Shown in pieces: positions 63,001 to 64,000 of a DNA stretch of 64,000 nucleotides. The position numbers and the translations under genes are program-made. The notes beneath the pieces are model-generated. The model was not told where the DNA came from. It did no database searches and saw nothing but the letters and a program-made list of their open reading frames with translations. This stretch comes from Mobula hypostoma. Lineage: Eukaryota. The first letter of the stretch is position 1. Each line of letters begins with the position of its first letter. The stretch covers positions 53,508,001-53,572,000 of the forward strand of contig NC_086108.1 in the NCBI RefSeq assembly GCF_963921235.1, given 5' to 3'.

Positions 63001-64000
63001 AGTACTTCCATGCTCCTGTACTCGAATCCTCTTGCTATGAGTGTCAGCATACCATTTGCCTTTTTCACTGCCTGCTGTACCTGCATGCCCACTTTCAATA
63101 CTGGTGTACAATGACACCCAGGTCTCGTTGCACCTCCCCTTTTCCTAATCGGCCACCATTCAGATAATAATCTGTTTTCCTGTTTTTACCACCAAAGTGG
63201 ATAACTTCACATTTATCCACATTAAATTGCATCTGCCATGAATTTGCCCACTCACCTAACTTATCCAAGTCACCCTGCATCCTCTTAGCATCCTCCTCAC
63301 AGCTAACACTGCCGCCCAGCTTCGTGTCATCCGCAAACTTGGAGATGCTGCATTTAATTCCCTCATCTAAGTCATTAATATATATTGTAAACAACTGGGG
63401 TCCCAGCACTGAGCCTTGCGGTACCCCTTAAGGTGGATAAGTCAACTGGGCCAAATGGACTACATGCCAGAGTCCTGAAAGAGGTTGCTGAAGAAATGAC
63501 ATAATTGGTCATAATCTTTGAAGAATCCCTTGATTCTGGCATGGTCCTGGAGGACTGGAAGATTGCAAATGTCACTCCACTCTTTAAGAAGGGAGGAAAG
63601 CAAAAGAAAGGAAATTATAGGCCAGTTAGCCTAACCTCAGTGGTTGGGTAAGTGTTGGAGTCTACGTTTTAGGGGTACTTGGAGACTAATGATAAAGTCA
63701 GCATGGTTTCTGTAAAAGGAAATCTTGCCTGACAAATTTGATAGAATTCTTTGAGGAAGTAACAAGCAGGGTGGACAAAGGAGAGGCAGTAAATGTCATT
63801 TACTTGGATTTTCAGAAGGCATTTGATAAGATGCCACACATGAGACTACTTAACAAGGTAAAACCCTATCTCATTACAGGAAAGATACTCACATGAATAG
63901 AGGAATGGCGGACAGCCAGGAGGAGCTTGGGAATAAAAGGGGCCTTTTCTGGTTGGCTGCCAGTGACTAGTGGTGTCCCTCAGGGGTCAGTATTGGGACC
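60100..64000 (+). mobile_element. CR1 LINE (ORF1 esterase, APE, RT), same subfamily as CR1 A, degenerate, runs off window
   Basis: VIGDS, VHIGKNN, RDRLHLN; APE IYRPP, MGDFN (61361-61963); RT NYRPVSLTS near 63610. Confidence 0.9.
62404..63426 (-). mobile_element. CR1 3' fragment nested in CR1
   Basis: LGPQLFTIYINDLD..KFADDTK (63095-63409); C-terminus 62499-63098; (tgtttcta)n-like tail; ctta duplicated at 62400-62403 and 63427-63430. Confidence 0.93.

Noticed and set aside
233..63575. Most ORFs in the six-frame track as host genes
   Set aside because: They are antisense or alternate frames of TE coding sequence (e.g. 5103-5609, 23854-24135, 62884-63114) or short chance ORFs with no recognisable domain

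Overview
Vertebrate genomic DNA, probably a cartilaginous fish such as a ray or shark (inferred from the mix of CR1, Rex1, Penelope, V-SINE and DeuSINE repeats). Most of the window is nested, decayed transposable elements, and I found no convincing host gene exon. Elements seen: several CR1 LINEs (one near full-length with a zinc-finger/esterase ORF1), a Tx1-like LINE, a 5'-truncated L1, Rex1-type LINE fragments, a Hero/NeSL-type restriction-endonuclease LINE end, Neptune-type Penelope-like elements (PLEs) carrying minimal hammerhead ribozymes, an internally deleted Tf1/sushi-type chromovirus, a second LTR element with a tRNA-Asn PBS, a solo LTR, a Charlie-like hAT transposon and SINEs. Most notable observations: (1) an exact 11-nt self-priming complement in the chromovirus; (2) a single PLE insertion built as a ~1.08-kb inverted repeat inside a 12-bp TSD; (3) five hammerhead motifs; (4) a 1.2-kb inversion supported by a reverse-complemented 8-bp hAT TSD and a split PLE; (5) a 30-bp PLE terminus patching a ~600-bp deletion. 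These are variants of known element biology, and I cannot support a wholly new system. Boundaries not fixed by a TSD are approximate, and all comparisons were made by eye.
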